A DNA stretch of 64,000 nucleotides from a bacterium (GCA_021806925.1 JAKAPS010000001.1:1237-65236); one strand, 5' to 3'; positions 1 through 11,164 are shown, counted from the first letter of the stretch. Numbers and translations are program-made. Notes: generated from the letters alone by a model not told the origin.

Positions 1-1102
1 TTGTATGATTATTAAATATTATTTTACTTATTTCTATTTTTTCATCATTTTTTAATGAGTGAATAAATTTTAGTAATGACTGAACATCAAGCGCTGGATA
101 TATAACAAGAATATATTCCATAACTAATATTTCAGCCGCAGAATATTTCTTTGAAATAAGTTTGATATTTTGTTCTATATATTTCCCGTAATTATCAATT
201 TTTCTAACATACTTAAGAATATTTAACCTTTTATTTATATATTCTGATAATACGCTAATATTAGTCTTTACCGTCATATTAGATTCAGTATGGCGTATCA
301 AATCTGGTGCTTCTGGTAGGAATCCAAATTTTGAAATTACTTTGTCATCAGGAACAAAAAGTGACTCGAGCTGATCAGCTATATTTTTAAATGGTAATCC
401 ATTATGTGCATTCAATTCAGAAATTATTCTTGCCCATTCACGTGCAGATGTAATATATGCAAAAGAACCTTTAAACCCTGTTAATAAGAAATATCTAGCA
501 CAATCAAATACTCGTGAACGCAATGCAGATTGATCTTTCAAATCATCTTTTGGTTTGAAAAATTTAGTGAATTCATCAGTCAAGATTGATACATATTTAT
601 TATATGATTTTATAGATAAAGCCTCCAGCTCCCTGTATCTTATATTTGCCTCATCAAAATTTACATTATTCTTATCAATGAACAGTGACAAATCAGATAG
701 TGAGCTTCTATTAAAATCCTGGTATCTTGTTGAACGTGATTGACCTGCTCCTACTGATGTATTATAGAAGAAATAGAATTCAAAAAAAATTGGTATATTT
801 TCTATATATGCAAATAATAAAGCCATATCGCCAACTGATGCATGTCCATAGTTCTTGAATATATCAGCAAGTTTTGTTTGTGCATCCTTTTTAGCATTCT
901 TTATTTCCAATAAAAGTTGATTTATTGATTTGTCAGATCTTGAGTATCTTGCTCCAGCAAAAGCTATAATCGATGGATACTGGTGTTTCAGATATGCTAT
1001 TGTAGTTGATGTTGAATATCCTGTTACTGTGTCCATTACACTAAACAAATTAGTGCCTAATTCTCTCTTTTTATGTAATGAGTACTTAAAATCTTTGTTC
1101 AT
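1..1102 (-). CDS. thyX: FAD-dependent thymidylate synthase ThyX, long form; runs off the window start
   Basis: Absent from the ORF track. Hand translation from ATG at 1102 gives MNKDFKYS...FAGARYSRS...FKNYGHASVGDMA...GQSRSTRYQDF...VFDCARYFLLTG, which are ThyX motifs. The same frame is also open over the last codons at the window edge. Confidence 0.85.
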   Translation of the reverse strand, partial: MNKDFKYSLHKKRELGTNLFSVMDTVTGYSTSTTIAYLKHQYPSIIAFAGARYSRSDKSINQLLLEIKNAKKDAQTKLADIFKNYGHASVGDMALLFAYIENIPIFFEFYFFYNTSVGAGQSRSTRYQDFNRSSLSDLSLFIDKNNVNFDEANIRYRELEALSIKSYNKYVSILTDEFTKFFKPKDDLKDQSALRSRVFDCARYFLLTGFKGSFAYITSAREWARIISELNAHNGLPFKNIADQLESLFVPDDKVISKFGFLPEAPDLIRHTESNMTVKTNISVLSEYINKRLNILKYVRKIDNYGKYIEQNIKLISKKYSAAEILVMEYILVIYPALDVQSLLKFIHSLKNDEKIEISKIIFNNHT

Positions 1103-1298
1103 AATATATAAATATATTAGTTTGTATTAATATATCACTTTCACATGCATGTATATATCTCTATTGAAAAATAGCAAAGTGGAAACAAGATATATGCTTC
1201 TTTGTAAAAATCACAAATGAAACAGACATGTTTTGTGCACTCTTATAACCTTTTAATGTTGTAATCACAATAAATCTAATGTAAAATCTTAAATAATT

Positions 1299-2417
1299 AT
1301 GGATACAACTAAACTTGAAGCAGTTACACAAGAAATAATTGGATTAGAGGAATTAAAAAAATATTTATCTGAGAACAAACATCTGCAGCACTATATTGGT
1401 TTTGAAATATCAGGTTTGGTACATCTTGGTACTGGATTAACTACAGGTATAGTTATAAGGGAATTACAAAAACTTGGAGTAAATGTATCATTTTATCTAG
1501 CAGATTGGCATACTTGGATAAATAATAAACTAGGAGGCGACATGATATTTATTGATAAAGTTTCAAGAGAATATTTTGAACCAGCTCTTAAAATATCAGC
1601 AAGAATTGCAGGAGCAGATGATACAAAAATTAAAGTAATTCGCGGAAGCGAATTGTATCATAATAATGATGATTACTGGAAAAGTGTTATAGATATATCA
1701 AAATCACTTACTCTATCACGAGTAACAAAGTCAACAACAATACTCGGAAGGGAAGATTCAGCATCAATGCCTTTCGCATTTCTTATGTATCCACCAATGC
1801 AGGTTGCAGATATATATGAAATGAAATGTGACATATGTCATGCAGGAACTGACCAAAGGAAAGTACATGTTATTGCAAGAGAAGTAGCAGAGAAATTGAA
1901 AATATCTCCATTAAAAGATGATGATGGAAAGAATAAAAAGCCGATTGCTATACATCAACCACTTTTACTTGGACTTCAAAAGCCAAAGACATGGCCTATA
2001 CCTAATGATATTGAAAAAGATGTAATAAGAACTGAGATGAAAATGAGTAAATCTATACCTGGAAGTTCAATTTTTGTTCACGATAGTGAGGCAGATATAA
2101 AGGAAAAAATAAATAAAGCATTCTGCCCAGAAGGAGAAGTAGAGATCAACCCAATTCTTGATTGGGCAAAACATATTATTTTCCCTATAGTTAGTCATAT
2201 CGTAATAAAAAGGGATGGAAAATACGGAGGTGATATAGAATTACATTCGTATGAAGAACTAGAAGAAATATATAAATCTGGCGGTCTATTCTCTCTAGAT
2301 CTTAAAAATGCTATCGCAGATATTTTGATTGATATATTAACACCTGCAAGGGAAGCATTTTCAAGTAAAGAAAAGCAATCACTAATAGAATCAATTAAAA
2401 ACAATCAAACAAGATAG
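1299..2417 (+). CDS. tyrS: Tyrosine--tRNA ligase, archaeal/eukaryotic type
   Basis: YIGFEISGLVHLGTG (HIGH-like), ADWH, YPPMQVAD, GTDQRK, KMSKS, KAFCP; no bacterial S4-like C-terminal domain. Confidence 0.93.
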   Translation: MDTTKLEAVTQEIIGLEELKKYLSENKHLQHYIGFEISGLVHLGTGLTTGIVIRELQKLGVNVSFYLADWHTWINNKLGGDMIFIDKVSREYFEPALKISARIAGADDTKIKVIRGSELYHNNDDYWKSVIDISKSLTLSRVTKSTTILGREDSASMPFAFLMYPPMQVADIYEMKCDICHAGTDQRKVHVIAREVAEKLKISPLKDDDGKNKKPIAIHQPLLLGLQKPKTWPIPNDIEKDVIRTEMKMSKSIPGSSIFVHDSEADIKEKINKAFCPEGEVEINPILDWAKHIIFPIVSHIVIKRDGKYGGDIELHSYEELEEIYKSGGLFSLDLKNAIADILIDILTPAREAFSSKEKQSLIESIKNNQTR

Positions 2418-2426
2418 TTTTATACA

Positions 2427-3101
2427 CTAATTTTTTGGATTTTCTATAATTATACCTTTCTCTGCAAAGAACTTCATAAAGTCATTTATTGAAATTTCCG
2501 CATACTTTTGATTTTTGTTATAGTAACCAGTCGAATCGTGTATATATAATACACCACATTCGTCATTACTCAATGATTTATCTAAATCATATCCTGTTAT
2601 TAACACCAAGTGACCACCACGCGTTGGAGGAATTAATCTTGGATCTCTTATAAGTGGACTAACAGATGCTATAACAAAGTTCTTACGAGAAACTTCTTGT
2701 AATATTTGTTCAAGTGTTAGTGAATTAGCAACTCTTCCATTTAAATTGAAATCACCTTTTAAATAGTCAACAAATGGTTGATAAAACATACCTTCAATAT
2801 CATCACTAGTTGGTATATATCCACCATATTCTGTACAACGTTTTGCAAGAGTCATAATTGGAAACGTAATACATTTAGTATATTGTAATATGCTTCTTAA
2901 GCAAGACATTCCACAAGTGTTTCTACTCCATAATTTATATTCTTCAGGATCTATGGTTCCGTAATCCTTCCAGTTAGGATCAAGCATACCATTTCTATCT
3001 TCAGTTTTTAGTATTACGTCAACAAACTCAGGAGAAGGCCACTGAGAATTGTATGGCATACTATATAAAATATAAGACCTTGGAATGATATCTGATAACA
3101 T
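2427..3101 (-). CDS. Peptidase C39-like family protein
   Basis: PYNSQW, CGMSCL (Cys), GGHLVLITGY (His), YIHDS (Asp). Confidence 0.75.
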   Translation of the reverse strand: MLSDIIPRSYILYSMPYNSQWPSPEFVDVILKTEDRNGMLDPNWKDYGTIDPEEYKLWSRNTCGMSCLRSILQYTKCITFPIMTLAKRCTEYGGYIPTSDDIEGMFYQPFVDYLKGDFNLNGRVANSLTLEQILQEVSRKNFVIASVSPLIRDPRLIPPTRGGHLVLITGYDLDKSLSNDECGVLYIHDSTGYYNKNQKYAEISINDFMKFFAEKGIIIENPKN

Positions 3102-3933
3102 ATCAAAATATTAACTTCATTATATCTCAAATACCTAAAAATAAGTATGTATGTCATGAGAATTGTCTTAACAATCGATACCACCTTAACAAAAAACACT
3201 CGAATTCCACAATCATCGATTTTGGTTCCGCCAATACAGAGAGAAACATTTTTTATGAAATTATGGTTTGTTAGATTCAGATATAACTATTTTACTGTTG
3301 TTAAAATAAGTTTTTTAAAATCAGCAAATATTATAAACTCAATGAAATTTTTAATATAAAATTAAAAAATTGAAATTAAAATGATTGCAAAAAATATTGT
3401 TGCATTTTTGCAAGTCACATATAGATTATGTACGTGTAAATAAATCATATTCATAATAAACAATACTGTCTTTAACTCTACCATTACTCAAAATAACAAT
3501 ATAAGATCTATAAAGTGCAGGTATTCGTTCTAATTATTACTAATATATACTCAACCATCAATGTATTCTTAATGCAATCTGCAGGCGCTGAGTGAGTTAT
3601 TGTAAATGCTATACATACATCAACTGTATTCCAACAAGTTGTATCTTCAATAATGTACACTATAGACGATGTTTTTCCATATATAACATCATTTGATGTA
3701 ACTGTTACAGAAATACGCTTCTCTAAATTATAACATTCAACTATTTTTTTTATTGTATCCTAGCATATACTCTTATAGAATCTCTCTATATTACTATCCC
3801 CCCTTACTTTGTCTACAAATCTCAGATCTCCATTTCTAATAAACATACTAGTCAGGTTGTTCCTCCTAAACTCACATCATGTTTTTATTCAACAAAAATC
3901 GATTCATTAAGTGTATAATCAATTAATATAACT

Positions 3934-4956
3934 ATGGATGCTAACTTATTCGATTTTAATCTACCTGAAGAATTAATAGCTCAGAGAAGAGCAATACCTT
4001 TTGACTCATCAAAACTGCTTATTATAGACAGAAAAGATAATTACTCTTTAAAGCACTATATATTCAGAGATATTATAGACTTTCTTGATGAAAATACAGT
4101 TTTAGTTTTTAATAACACAATGGTTTTTAGAGCAAGACTATTTGTACAAAAAAGAACTGGTGCAAAGGTAGAAATACTGTTTCTGGAAAACCCTAATGAT
4201 TTAAATAGGAATAAATTTAAGGCATTAATTAGAGGGAAAATACATCTTGGGGAAAGTATAAAAATTGATGAAGTGTGCAATATAGAGGTAAAAGAAAAAA
4301 ATGATTACGTATATACAATTGAAATAATTGGTGACAGAGCAGGTATATATAACAAACTACAATACCCAACTCCTCCATATATTCATGGTGATATAACAGA
4401 TGAATATAACACTGTATATGCATCAGCAAAGAGTACTAATAGTGTCGCAGCGCCTACTGCTGGATTTCATTTTACAGATGAATTGCTAGAAAGACTAAGA
4501 AAAAAGAAAGTTATATTTGAAAATATTACTTTAAATATAGGGTTAGGGACATTCTTACCCGTAAAAACTACAAATATATTTGACCATGATATGCATTATG
4601 AAGAATACTTTATTGATAAAGATGTATTGATAAGATTGAATAAATATAAAGAAGAAGGTAAGAAGATAATCGCAGTCGGTACTACTACAACTAGAACACT
4701 TGAAGATAGTTCATTTGGAAGCAAGGGGAAATTAAAAAAAGAATATAATAATACAAATATATTTATATTCCCAGGCTTCAAATTTAATTTTGTTGATGGG
4801 CTAATAACTAATTTTCATCTTCCTAAATCAACATTAATAATGCTTGTGTCAGCATTTATTGGAGACACAAATAAAACGCTAGAAATATATAGAACTGCAA
4901 TAGAAGAAAAATACAGATTTTACTCTTTTGGAGATGCGATGTTTATTCTTCCTTGA
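3934..4956 (+). CDS. queA: S-adenosylmethionine:tRNA ribosyltransferase-isomerase
   Basis: FDFNLPEELIAQ, SVAAPTAGFHF, AVGTTTTRTLE, TNFHLPKSTL, YRFYSFGDAM. Confidence 0.96.
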   Translation: MDANLFDFNLPEELIAQRRAIPFDSSKLLIIDRKDNYSLKHYIFRDIIDFLDENTVLVFNNTMVFRARLFVQKRTGAKVEILFLENPNDLNRNKFKALIRGKIHLGESIKIDEVCNIEVKEKNDYVYTIEIIGDRAGIYNKLQYPTPPYIHGDITDEYNTVYASAKSTNSVAAPTAGFHFTDELLERLRKKKVIFENITLNIGLGTFLPVKTTNIFDHDMHYEEYFIDKDVLIRLNKYKEEGKKIIAVGTTTTRTLEDSSFGSKGKLKKEYNNTNIFIFPGFKFNFVDGLITNFHLPKSTLIMLVSAFIGDTNKTLEIYRTAIEEKYRFYSFGDAMFILP

Positions 4957-6115
4957 AGAATGCCTTCTCTAAATTTTTAACATAGTTTTTTACAAGAAAA
5001 TGATTTTTTGCGTAAAGAATTGCACTAGTTGATCTATCTGCAATCTCTTTTTTACCCATATTCAATAATGTAATTAATGATTTATTTATGCCTTTTTCAC
5101 TCAAATCGAAATACACACATATCTTTTTAAAATTCTTACTTCTGAAATTATTGATTGAACTTACTAATGCAATTAAACCAAGAGATAGTGCTTCCTTCAA
5201 AACAAGCGGTGAAGTTGAACTCTCATACCTTGATGGAATTATAACAGCATTCATTTTAGAAAGACTTTCAGGAAGTTCAAAGTGATTAACAAAGTGCATG
5301 TTTTTTATATTCCCATATTTCCTTTCAAGAAGATTGACATTTTCTTCATACTCACCTTCTCCAAAGAAGAAAAATTTAATTCTATTATAGTAATTCTTGT
5401 TATATTTATTAATAGCTGAAACTAGAATATCAATACCCTTCTGGTATGAATATCTTCCAACAAAAGCGACCTTGAATATATTTGTTGACTTCCTAGTTGT
5501 ATCTACTCGCAAAAATCTTTGATCAACCGGTGATTGAATTAATTTGCTCTTTTTAACAAGCATTTTTGTATCTCTATTGAATACATGGTATTTTGTAGAT
5601 ACAAGAAAAAGTAGTATTTTAAAAAATATAGAAAGATATGATACATACATTAGGTTATGAATTACAGACCTTACTATTAATTTCCCCTCGCTATCCCTTA
5701 GATTGTTATATCTTAAAGGAGTGTGAAATTGTACTATTATCTTTCTCCTCAGATGCGGAATAAAAGGTAGGAATAAGAAAAACGGAATAAGAGACGGCAT
5801 ATCGCTTCTGGTAAAGATATATGATGCTTTCTTTGACAAATGAAATAGTTCAATTAATGAGACTTTCTCATATTTACTTTTCTTTATTAACCCCTCTTCC
5901 ATTTGTTTGTTGGATAGTTTTATAGAGTCATCATAAAAAAGCTTATTGAAAATTCTTATATTTTTCTTGAATGATAAAATATGTACCTTGTAATTCTTTT
6001 TATTAGAAAATTCCTCTGCAGTTATAATATTCAATATTTCCGCTCCAGCTTGGATCTCATGTGGAAGTGAAGAGAAAAAAAGTATTGTTCTACCTGTAGA
6101 TTTTTTTACCTTCAT
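4943..6115 (-). CDS. Glycosyltransferase family 4 (GT-B)
   Basis: FVGRYSYQKGID, IIPSRYE...LKEALSLG. Confidence 0.85.
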   Translation of the reverse strand: MKVKKSTGRTILFFSSLPHEIQAGAEILNIITAEEFSNKKNYKVHILSFKKNIRIFNKLFYDDSIKLSNKQMEEGLIKKSKYEKVSLIELFHLSKKASYIFTRSDMPSLIPFFLFLPFIPHLRRKIIVQFHTPLRYNNLRDSEGKLIVRSVIHNLMYVSYLSIFFKILLFLVSTKYHVFNRDTKMLVKKSKLIQSPVDQRFLRVDTTRKSTNIFKVAFVGRYSYQKGIDILVSAINKYNKNYYNRIKFFFFGEGEYEENVNLLERKYGNIKNMHFVNHFELPESLSKMNAVIIPSRYESSTSPLVLKEALSLGLIALVSSINNFRSKNFKKICVYFDLSEKGINKSLITLLNMGKKEIADRSTSAILYAKNHFLVKNYVKNLEKAFFKEE

Positions 6116-6149
6116 ATTATGTATGCTGATTTGTAGTATACTCTAACAA

Positions 6150-7421
6150 GTGAGAATAGTCTATATACAAAACGGTTATTTCCCTTATGAAATGAAGGGG
6201 AGTGAAGTATTAAATAGTATATATACAGATGAAGTTATTAAAAATAATGAAGTATATTGTATTGCATCAAATCTTGTAAAACCAATAGGAAAGTTTATAC
6301 CTTTCATTGGAAGGACAAAGGAAATTTATGAAAAAGTAGATGGAGTTAATGTAATTAGATTAGATTTTTTCTTTTTACCATATGTGTTTTCTCAAATAAT
6401 ATCAAAAATACCAGATGTTCCATATATGCCGTTATTGAAAAAGATAAAGAATAAGGTATTCATTTATTCACAAGGGTTCAAATACATTGGACTTGAAAAG
6501 ACATTAAGAAGAATAAATCCAGACATTGTACACACTACACCCTTGTCATGTATATATTCATACCAAGCTCTTGATGTTGTAAATAGAATAAATAGTGAAA
6601 GAAATAAATGTAATAAAGAAAATAATTCAGAGAAGAAAATAAAGATAGTATTAACTACTGCATTTCATAGTAACATTCTAAAATCATTTGATGAGGAGTA
6701 CATAAAAAAAAGATTAAAAGAGTTTTCGTTAATAATTACATCCACTCTTGCAGAAAAAGAAAAGTTAGCAAAATACTTTGATGTTGATGCTACTGTATAT
6801 ATGCCTGATATTTTAAAAAAGCATGATATACAAAAATTTTATCAACTGCAAAATTCTTCTTATTCAGATAAGATAAAAAAATTGAAGGATGATGGAAATA
6901 AGATAATTCTGTTTTGTGGAACTAAATCCAATGATAAAGGTATATACCTAACAATAGAAGTATTAAAAAAACTCATTTTAAACAATGAGAATTACACACT
7001 TGTTGTTTGTGGAACAAATACATTAGCTTGGAACATATACAAATTTATTAAATTAAGAAAATATATAGTACAGAGTAACATTATAGATGTTAAATATATA
7101 TCCAGAGGAGAATTAAACAAAATATTTTCATTGTCTGATATTTTTTTTCTTCCTTCAAGGGTTGAGACATTAGGTTTTGTATATACTGAGGCAATGTATT
7201 TCAAATTACCAATTATTGCAGATAATTCTATTGAAGAATTAAAAGAAATATATGGAGATAACATATCCTATATTGATAACAACATAAATGATCCTAATAA
7301 CATTGAGCAAATTGCAAATGAATTTTCTACTGTATATTTACAAAAGACAACAAACATCAACAAAATACATAAAAGAGACAGTAAAAACAAATTAGATAAG
7401 ATATATAAATCAATTATCTAA
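6150..7421 (+). CDS. Glycosyltransferase family 4 (GT-B)
   Basis: LFCGTKSNDKG, FFLPSRVETLGFVYTEAMYFKLPII (EX7E motif); GTG start. Confidence 0.85.
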   Translation: MRIVYIQNGYFPYEMKGSEVLNSIYTDEVIKNNEVYCIASNLVKPIGKFIPFIGRTKEIYEKVDGVNVIRLDFFFLPYVFSQIISKIPDVPYMPLLKKIKNKVFIYSQGFKYIGLEKTLRRINPDIVHTTPLSCIYSYQALDVVNRINSERNKCNKENNSEKKIKIVLTTAFHSNILKSFDEEYIKKRLKEFSLIITSTLAEKEKLAKYFDVDATVYMPDILKKHDIQKFYQLQNSSYSDKIKKLKDDGNKIILFCGTKSNDKGIYLTIEVLKKLILNNENYTLVVCGTNTLAWNIYKFIKLRKYIVQSNIIDVKYISRGELNKIFSLSDIFFLPSRVETLGFVYTEAMYFKLPIIADNSIEELKEIYGDNISYIDNNINDPNNIEQIANEFSTVYLQKTTNINKIHKRDSKNKLDKIYKSII

Positions 7422-7932
7422 CAAGTCCTGCAGTTAGTAAGAATAACGCTATTGATCCTCCAAGTAATCCTACGTCACGAACTAAAAGTGCTCCAGTTCC
7501 TTCTTCATACGCAAATAGAATTGCAAATAAGAGAAAGCTTGCAAGCAGACTGCCAATATCAAGATACAATCCAGTCACAAGGAGTATACCTACAATAAAT
7601 TCAATTCCACACTGGAAATATCCCCATGGTTTAAAATTCCTTTTATTCTCCTCTAATCCCATTTTCTTTAACATCAGATTCAACATATTGTTGAAAATAT
7701 CAGGATTGAAGAAATTATCTATAGAATACCATAGAAATACAAATGAAAGACCAACCCTTAAAGGCAACATAGCATCAATGACAAATTGAGACGGTACAGA
7801 ATAACCAAATAGGTTATAGTCTGTAAGTACAATTCCGAAATTAGCAAGCAGGATGTTTACTATTAACCCTATTAATATTATACATATTATTAACAGGTTG
7901 ACTGTGTGTTGTGATAATTTTTTACCTTCCAT
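7414..7932 (-). CDS. DoxX-family membrane protein
   Basis: LRVGLSFVFLW, EFIVGILLVTG, VRDVGLLG; several transmembrane helices. Confidence 0.75.
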   Translation of the reverse strand: MEGKKLSQHTVNLLIICIILIGLIVNILLANFGIVLTDYNLFGYSVPSQFVIDAMLPLRVGLSFVFLWYSIDNFFNPDIFNNMLNLMLKKMGLEENKRNFKPWGYFQCGIEFIVGILLVTGLYLDIGSLLASFLLFAILFAYEEGTGALLVRDVGLLGGSIALFLLTAGLVR

Positions 7933-7940
7933 ATATTTTA

Positions 7941-8687
7941 TTAATTAAATATTATATCGTGAATTTCTTTTGCCCTTGCAAGCGGGTTTGGATCCTGCCA
8001 TATGTTTCTTCCTACAGCTCCACCAGAACAACCTGCTGATATTGCACCTTCGAATTCCTCCTTCAAGGCATCATCATCATTAGTCTTGTTTCCACCAGCA
8101 ATACATACAGGCATTACACCTGAACATGCAACAACCCATTTCATGGAATCAACATCTCCAGTGTATTTTACTTTAACTATATCTGCACCTATTTCAAGAC
8201 CAACCCTTGCAGCGTATGCAGTAATATCTGAAGTTTCCTCTCCAACGGTTGAACCTCTTGGGTACATCCACCCTATTACAGGAATTCCAAGATCATGAGC
8301 CTCATAAATTATTCGTGAAAACTCTTTAAGCATCTTTGCTTCATTCTTACTACCAACATAAACTGTATATCCAACAGCTTTAGCTCTTAATCTTATAGCC
8401 TCCTCGACTGAAGTCAATTGTGGAGAATATGGATCTTCATTCAAGAAATGAGTTTTACCGTTTAACTTTATAATCAATGGCGTTTTGTATTCATCTGCTT
8501 TGTAGTATTTCTCCGCTATTCCTTTTTGCACAATTACACCTGTAAACAATCCTGATTTTGTTAAATCGAAAATGTATTTTGGATTAATATTTTCAAGATT
8601 AAAATCAACTGGACCATGCTCCATGCCTTGATCATATGCTAAAAAGAAAAACTTTTTATTTTTTGATATTTTTGATAAGTCAACCAT
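7941..8687 (-). CDS. Class I fructose-bisphosphate aldolase (DhnA/archaeal-type class IA)
   Basis: LAYDQGMEHGP, WMYPRG, GADIVKVKY (Schiff-base Lys), AGG, GRNIWQ. Confidence 0.9.
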   Translation of the reverse strand: MVDLSKISKNKKFFFLAYDQGMEHGPVDFNLENINPKYIFDLTKSGLFTGVIVQKGIAEKYYKADEYKTPLIIKLNGKTHFLNEDPYSPQLTSVEEAIRLRAKAVGYTVYVGSKNEAKMLKEFSRIIYEAHDLGIPVIGWMYPRGSTVGEETSDITAYAARVGLEIGADIVKVKYTGDVDSMKWVVACSGVMPVCIAGGNKTNDDDALKEEFEGAISAGCSGGAVGRNIWQDPNPLARAKEIHDIIFN

Positions 8688-8727
8688 ACATAAATACTAC
8701 ATCAAAAAAATATACAGTTGCAACACT

Positions 8728-9126
8728 TTAAAAAATCACTGCACATCTTTGAGGTAATATTTCACCTTCAATATATACTCTGTTTTCAAATATCTTAATT
8801 TTGTAAATATTTAATTTTGGTAAATTAACAGGTGCAATTTTTTTATTCAAATAACTTAGGTTAGTTATTGTTGGAGGTGTTTTTGTTTCTCCTGTATCTA
8901 TTGATAATACCGCTTTATGCCTGTTACACTGAATTGTGTTATTATTATAGTTCAGTGTTCCATTCAAAAGATCTCCGCCTAAATGCGGACAAATACTACT
9001 AACTACTTTTATATTTCCAGTCAGGTCTCTAAGAACTAATAACTTAACGTTATTAATAGTAAATTGCTTCAAATGTCCATTTTGAGGCAAATCACCAAAT
9101 TCGCATACATATGTTAAATTATCCAT
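8728..9126 (-). CDS. Rieske [2Fe-2S] ferredoxin-like protein
   Basis: CPHLGG and CNRH (CxH...CxxH). Confidence 0.85.
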   Translation of the reverse strand: MDNLTYVCEFGDLPQNGHLKQFTINNVKLLVLRDLTGNIKVVSSICPHLGGDLLNGTLNYNNNTIQCNRHKAVLSIDTGETKTPPTITNLSYLNKKIAPVNLPKLNIYKIKIFENRVYIEGEILPQRCAVIF

Positions 9127-9221
9127 TTATTAATTGCGTTATATATACATGATATGCTATTTATTTGTCAAATTCATTTTTTGCTTATATACTTGTTTCT
9201 GAAAATTAAATTAAATAATTC

Positions 9222-9668
9222 ATGAAAATATTTATAGGGACGGATCATGCAGGATACAATTTAAAAACAAAAATTGTTGAATATATAAATAAAAAATACG
9301 CAGATGCTTTATCTTTAACTGATTTATCCCCTATATTAAATGATGGTGATGATTACCCAGTAATCGCAAGAGATGTCTGCAATCATATTTTAAGTGAACA
9401 AGAAGATACTAGAGGGATACTAATATGCGATACAGGTATAGGCATGAGCATAGTAGCGAATAGATTTAAAGGTATTCGTGCATCATTATGCCAAAGTGTG
9501 TTTGAGGTTGTTAGAGCTAGAGAACACAACAATGCAAATGTTCTTTGTTTAGGAGAATATATTTTATCTGAAGGTAACGAGTATATGACTCTTGTTGATA
9601 TATTCATTAATACAGAGTTCTCACAGGAAGAACGACATATAAGACGGATAAATGAAATAGATAGTTGA
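9222..9668 (+). CDS. rpiB: Ribose-5-phosphate isomerase B
   Basis: IGTDHAG, DDYP, ICDTGIGMSIVANR, AREHNNANVLCLG, RHIRRI. Confidence 0.93.
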   Translation: MKIFIGTDHAGYNLKTKIVEYINKKYADALSLTDLSPILNDGDDYPVIARDVCNHILSEQEDTRGILICDTGIGMSIVANRFKGIRASLCQSVFEVVRAREHNNANVLCLGEYILSEGNEYMTLVDIFINTEFSQEERHIRRINEIDS

Positions 9669-9672
9669 ATAA

Positions 9673-10311
9673 ATGTACATATACCCATCAATTGATACTG
9701 ACGATAAAACGGTTTTTGATATTAGAGTACTTGAACTTATAGGGATTGCACCTATAATTCATGTTGATTTTTGTGATGGTAAATTCTTTGATTTTAAAAG
9801 CACTGACTTTGAATATATAAGAAGCTATTTTAATAAAGTGAATATTAAAATCCAGATTCATTTTATGGCATATAAACCCTCTCAGTTTATATTATTAAAA
9901 GAAATGAATATAGAAAGTATAGTTATTCATTATGAATCGCTTATTGATATAAAAAAGGAGTTAGAAATACTAAGATCTTACCCATTTAATTTTAAAGTAG
10001 GGATTGCATTCAATAATATAGATAATATGAGAAGAATTGATAAGAAGTACTATGATTTTATTCATATTCTTTCTACAAGCACACCAGGAATCAGTGGTGG
10101 TAAAGTAAGAGATGATTTAGAATTAATAGTTGAAAAAATAATATCAAATGGAGTAAAGGATATTGAAATTGATGGAGGACTGTCAATTGAAACAATTGAA
10201 AAAATAAAAGATAAATATGGTATTGAGAAATATGTATTAGGTCATGAAATATGGAACTCACAATATCCAGTAAATAAATTCATCGCTATAAAGGATATGT
10301 TTAAATTTTAA
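9673..10311 (+). CDS. rpe: Ribulose-phosphate 3-epimerase (divergent)
   Basis: IYPSI, IHVDFCDG, IHFM, PGISG, IEIDGG; directly follows rpiB. Confidence 0.8.
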   Translation: MYIYPSIDTDDKTVFDIRVLELIGIAPIIHVDFCDGKFFDFKSTDFEYIRSYFNKVNIKIQIHFMAYKPSQFILLKEMNIESIVIHYESLIDIKKELEILRSYPFNFKVGIAFNNIDNMRRIDKKYYDFIHILSTSTPGISGGKVRDDLELIVEKIISNGVKDIEIDGGLSIETIEKIKDKYGIEKYVLGHEIWNSQYPVNKFIAIKDMFKF

Positions 10312-10397
10312 TATTCCTGCATTCAAAAACCATAAGTGACAATAAAAATTAAATTGATAACGCTAATCTATTTTGTTATACTAACGTAAGCTTAATT

Positions 10398-11162
10398 ATG
10401 AATGATATAATTATTTCAGTTAATGATATAACCAAGAAGTACGGCAGTTTTACTGCTGTTAATGGTATATCATTTAACGTTAAAAGGGGAGAAATATTTG
10501 GAATTCTTGGACCAAATGGTGCAGGAAAAACATCCCTTTTAGAAATGATGGAAGGATTAAGGAGTATAACCGCAGGAGATGCATTAATAGATGGATTAAG
10601 TGTAAAACATAGTGTGAATAAAGTCAAAAGAATAATTGGAATACAACTTCAATCAACAGGGTTCTTTGAAGAACTAAATTTAATAGAACTTCTTAATCTT
10701 TACGCTGGACTATATGATGTAAAAATTAACCCAATGGAGTTGCTTCATGAGGTTGAGTTAGAAGATAAGGCTAAATCACAAGTCAGAAAATTATCTGGAG
10801 GACAACAACAAAGATTTGCAATATGCCTTTCTCTGGCAAATACTCCAAAGGTCATATTTCTTGACGAACCAACAACTGGTCTTGATCCACAAGCCAGAAG
10901 ACATGTGTGGGGAATAATAAAGAACATAAGAGAAAAAGGAATGACAATTATATTCACAACTCATTACATGGAAGAAGCTGAAAATCTTTGTGATAGAGTA
11001 ATGATTATGGATCATGGTGATGTAATAAAGACAGGCAAACCAGTAGAATTAATAGAAAATCTTATTAGTTCAGGATTTAAGAAAGAACAACCTGTTCTTT
11101 CTGCTAATTTGGAAGACGTATTCATATCACTTACAGGTCATAATATTAGAGAGGATATATAA
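10398..11162 (+). CDS. ABC-2 type exporter ATP-binding protein
   Basis: GPNGAGKT, LSGGQ, FLDEPTTGLD, TTH. Confidence 0.95.
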   Translation: MNDIIISVNDITKKYGSFTAVNGISFNVKRGEIFGILGPNGAGKTSLLEMMEGLRSITAGDALIDGLSVKHSVNKVKRIIGIQLQSTGFFEELNLIELLNLYAGLYDVKINPMELLHEVELEDKAKSQVRKLSGGQQQRFAICLSLANTPKVIFLDEPTTGLDPQARRHVWGIIKNIREKGMTIIFTTHYMEEAENLCDRVMIMDHGDVIKTGKPVELIENLISSGFKKEQPVLSANLEDVFISLTGHNIREDI

Positions 11163-11164
11163 AA

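Noticed and set aside
555-1130. Plus-strand ORFs 555-743 and 930-1130
   Set aside because: Antisense shadows of thyX.
3147-3359. 70-aa plus-strand ORF
   Set aside because: No motif, expression signal or compositional support.
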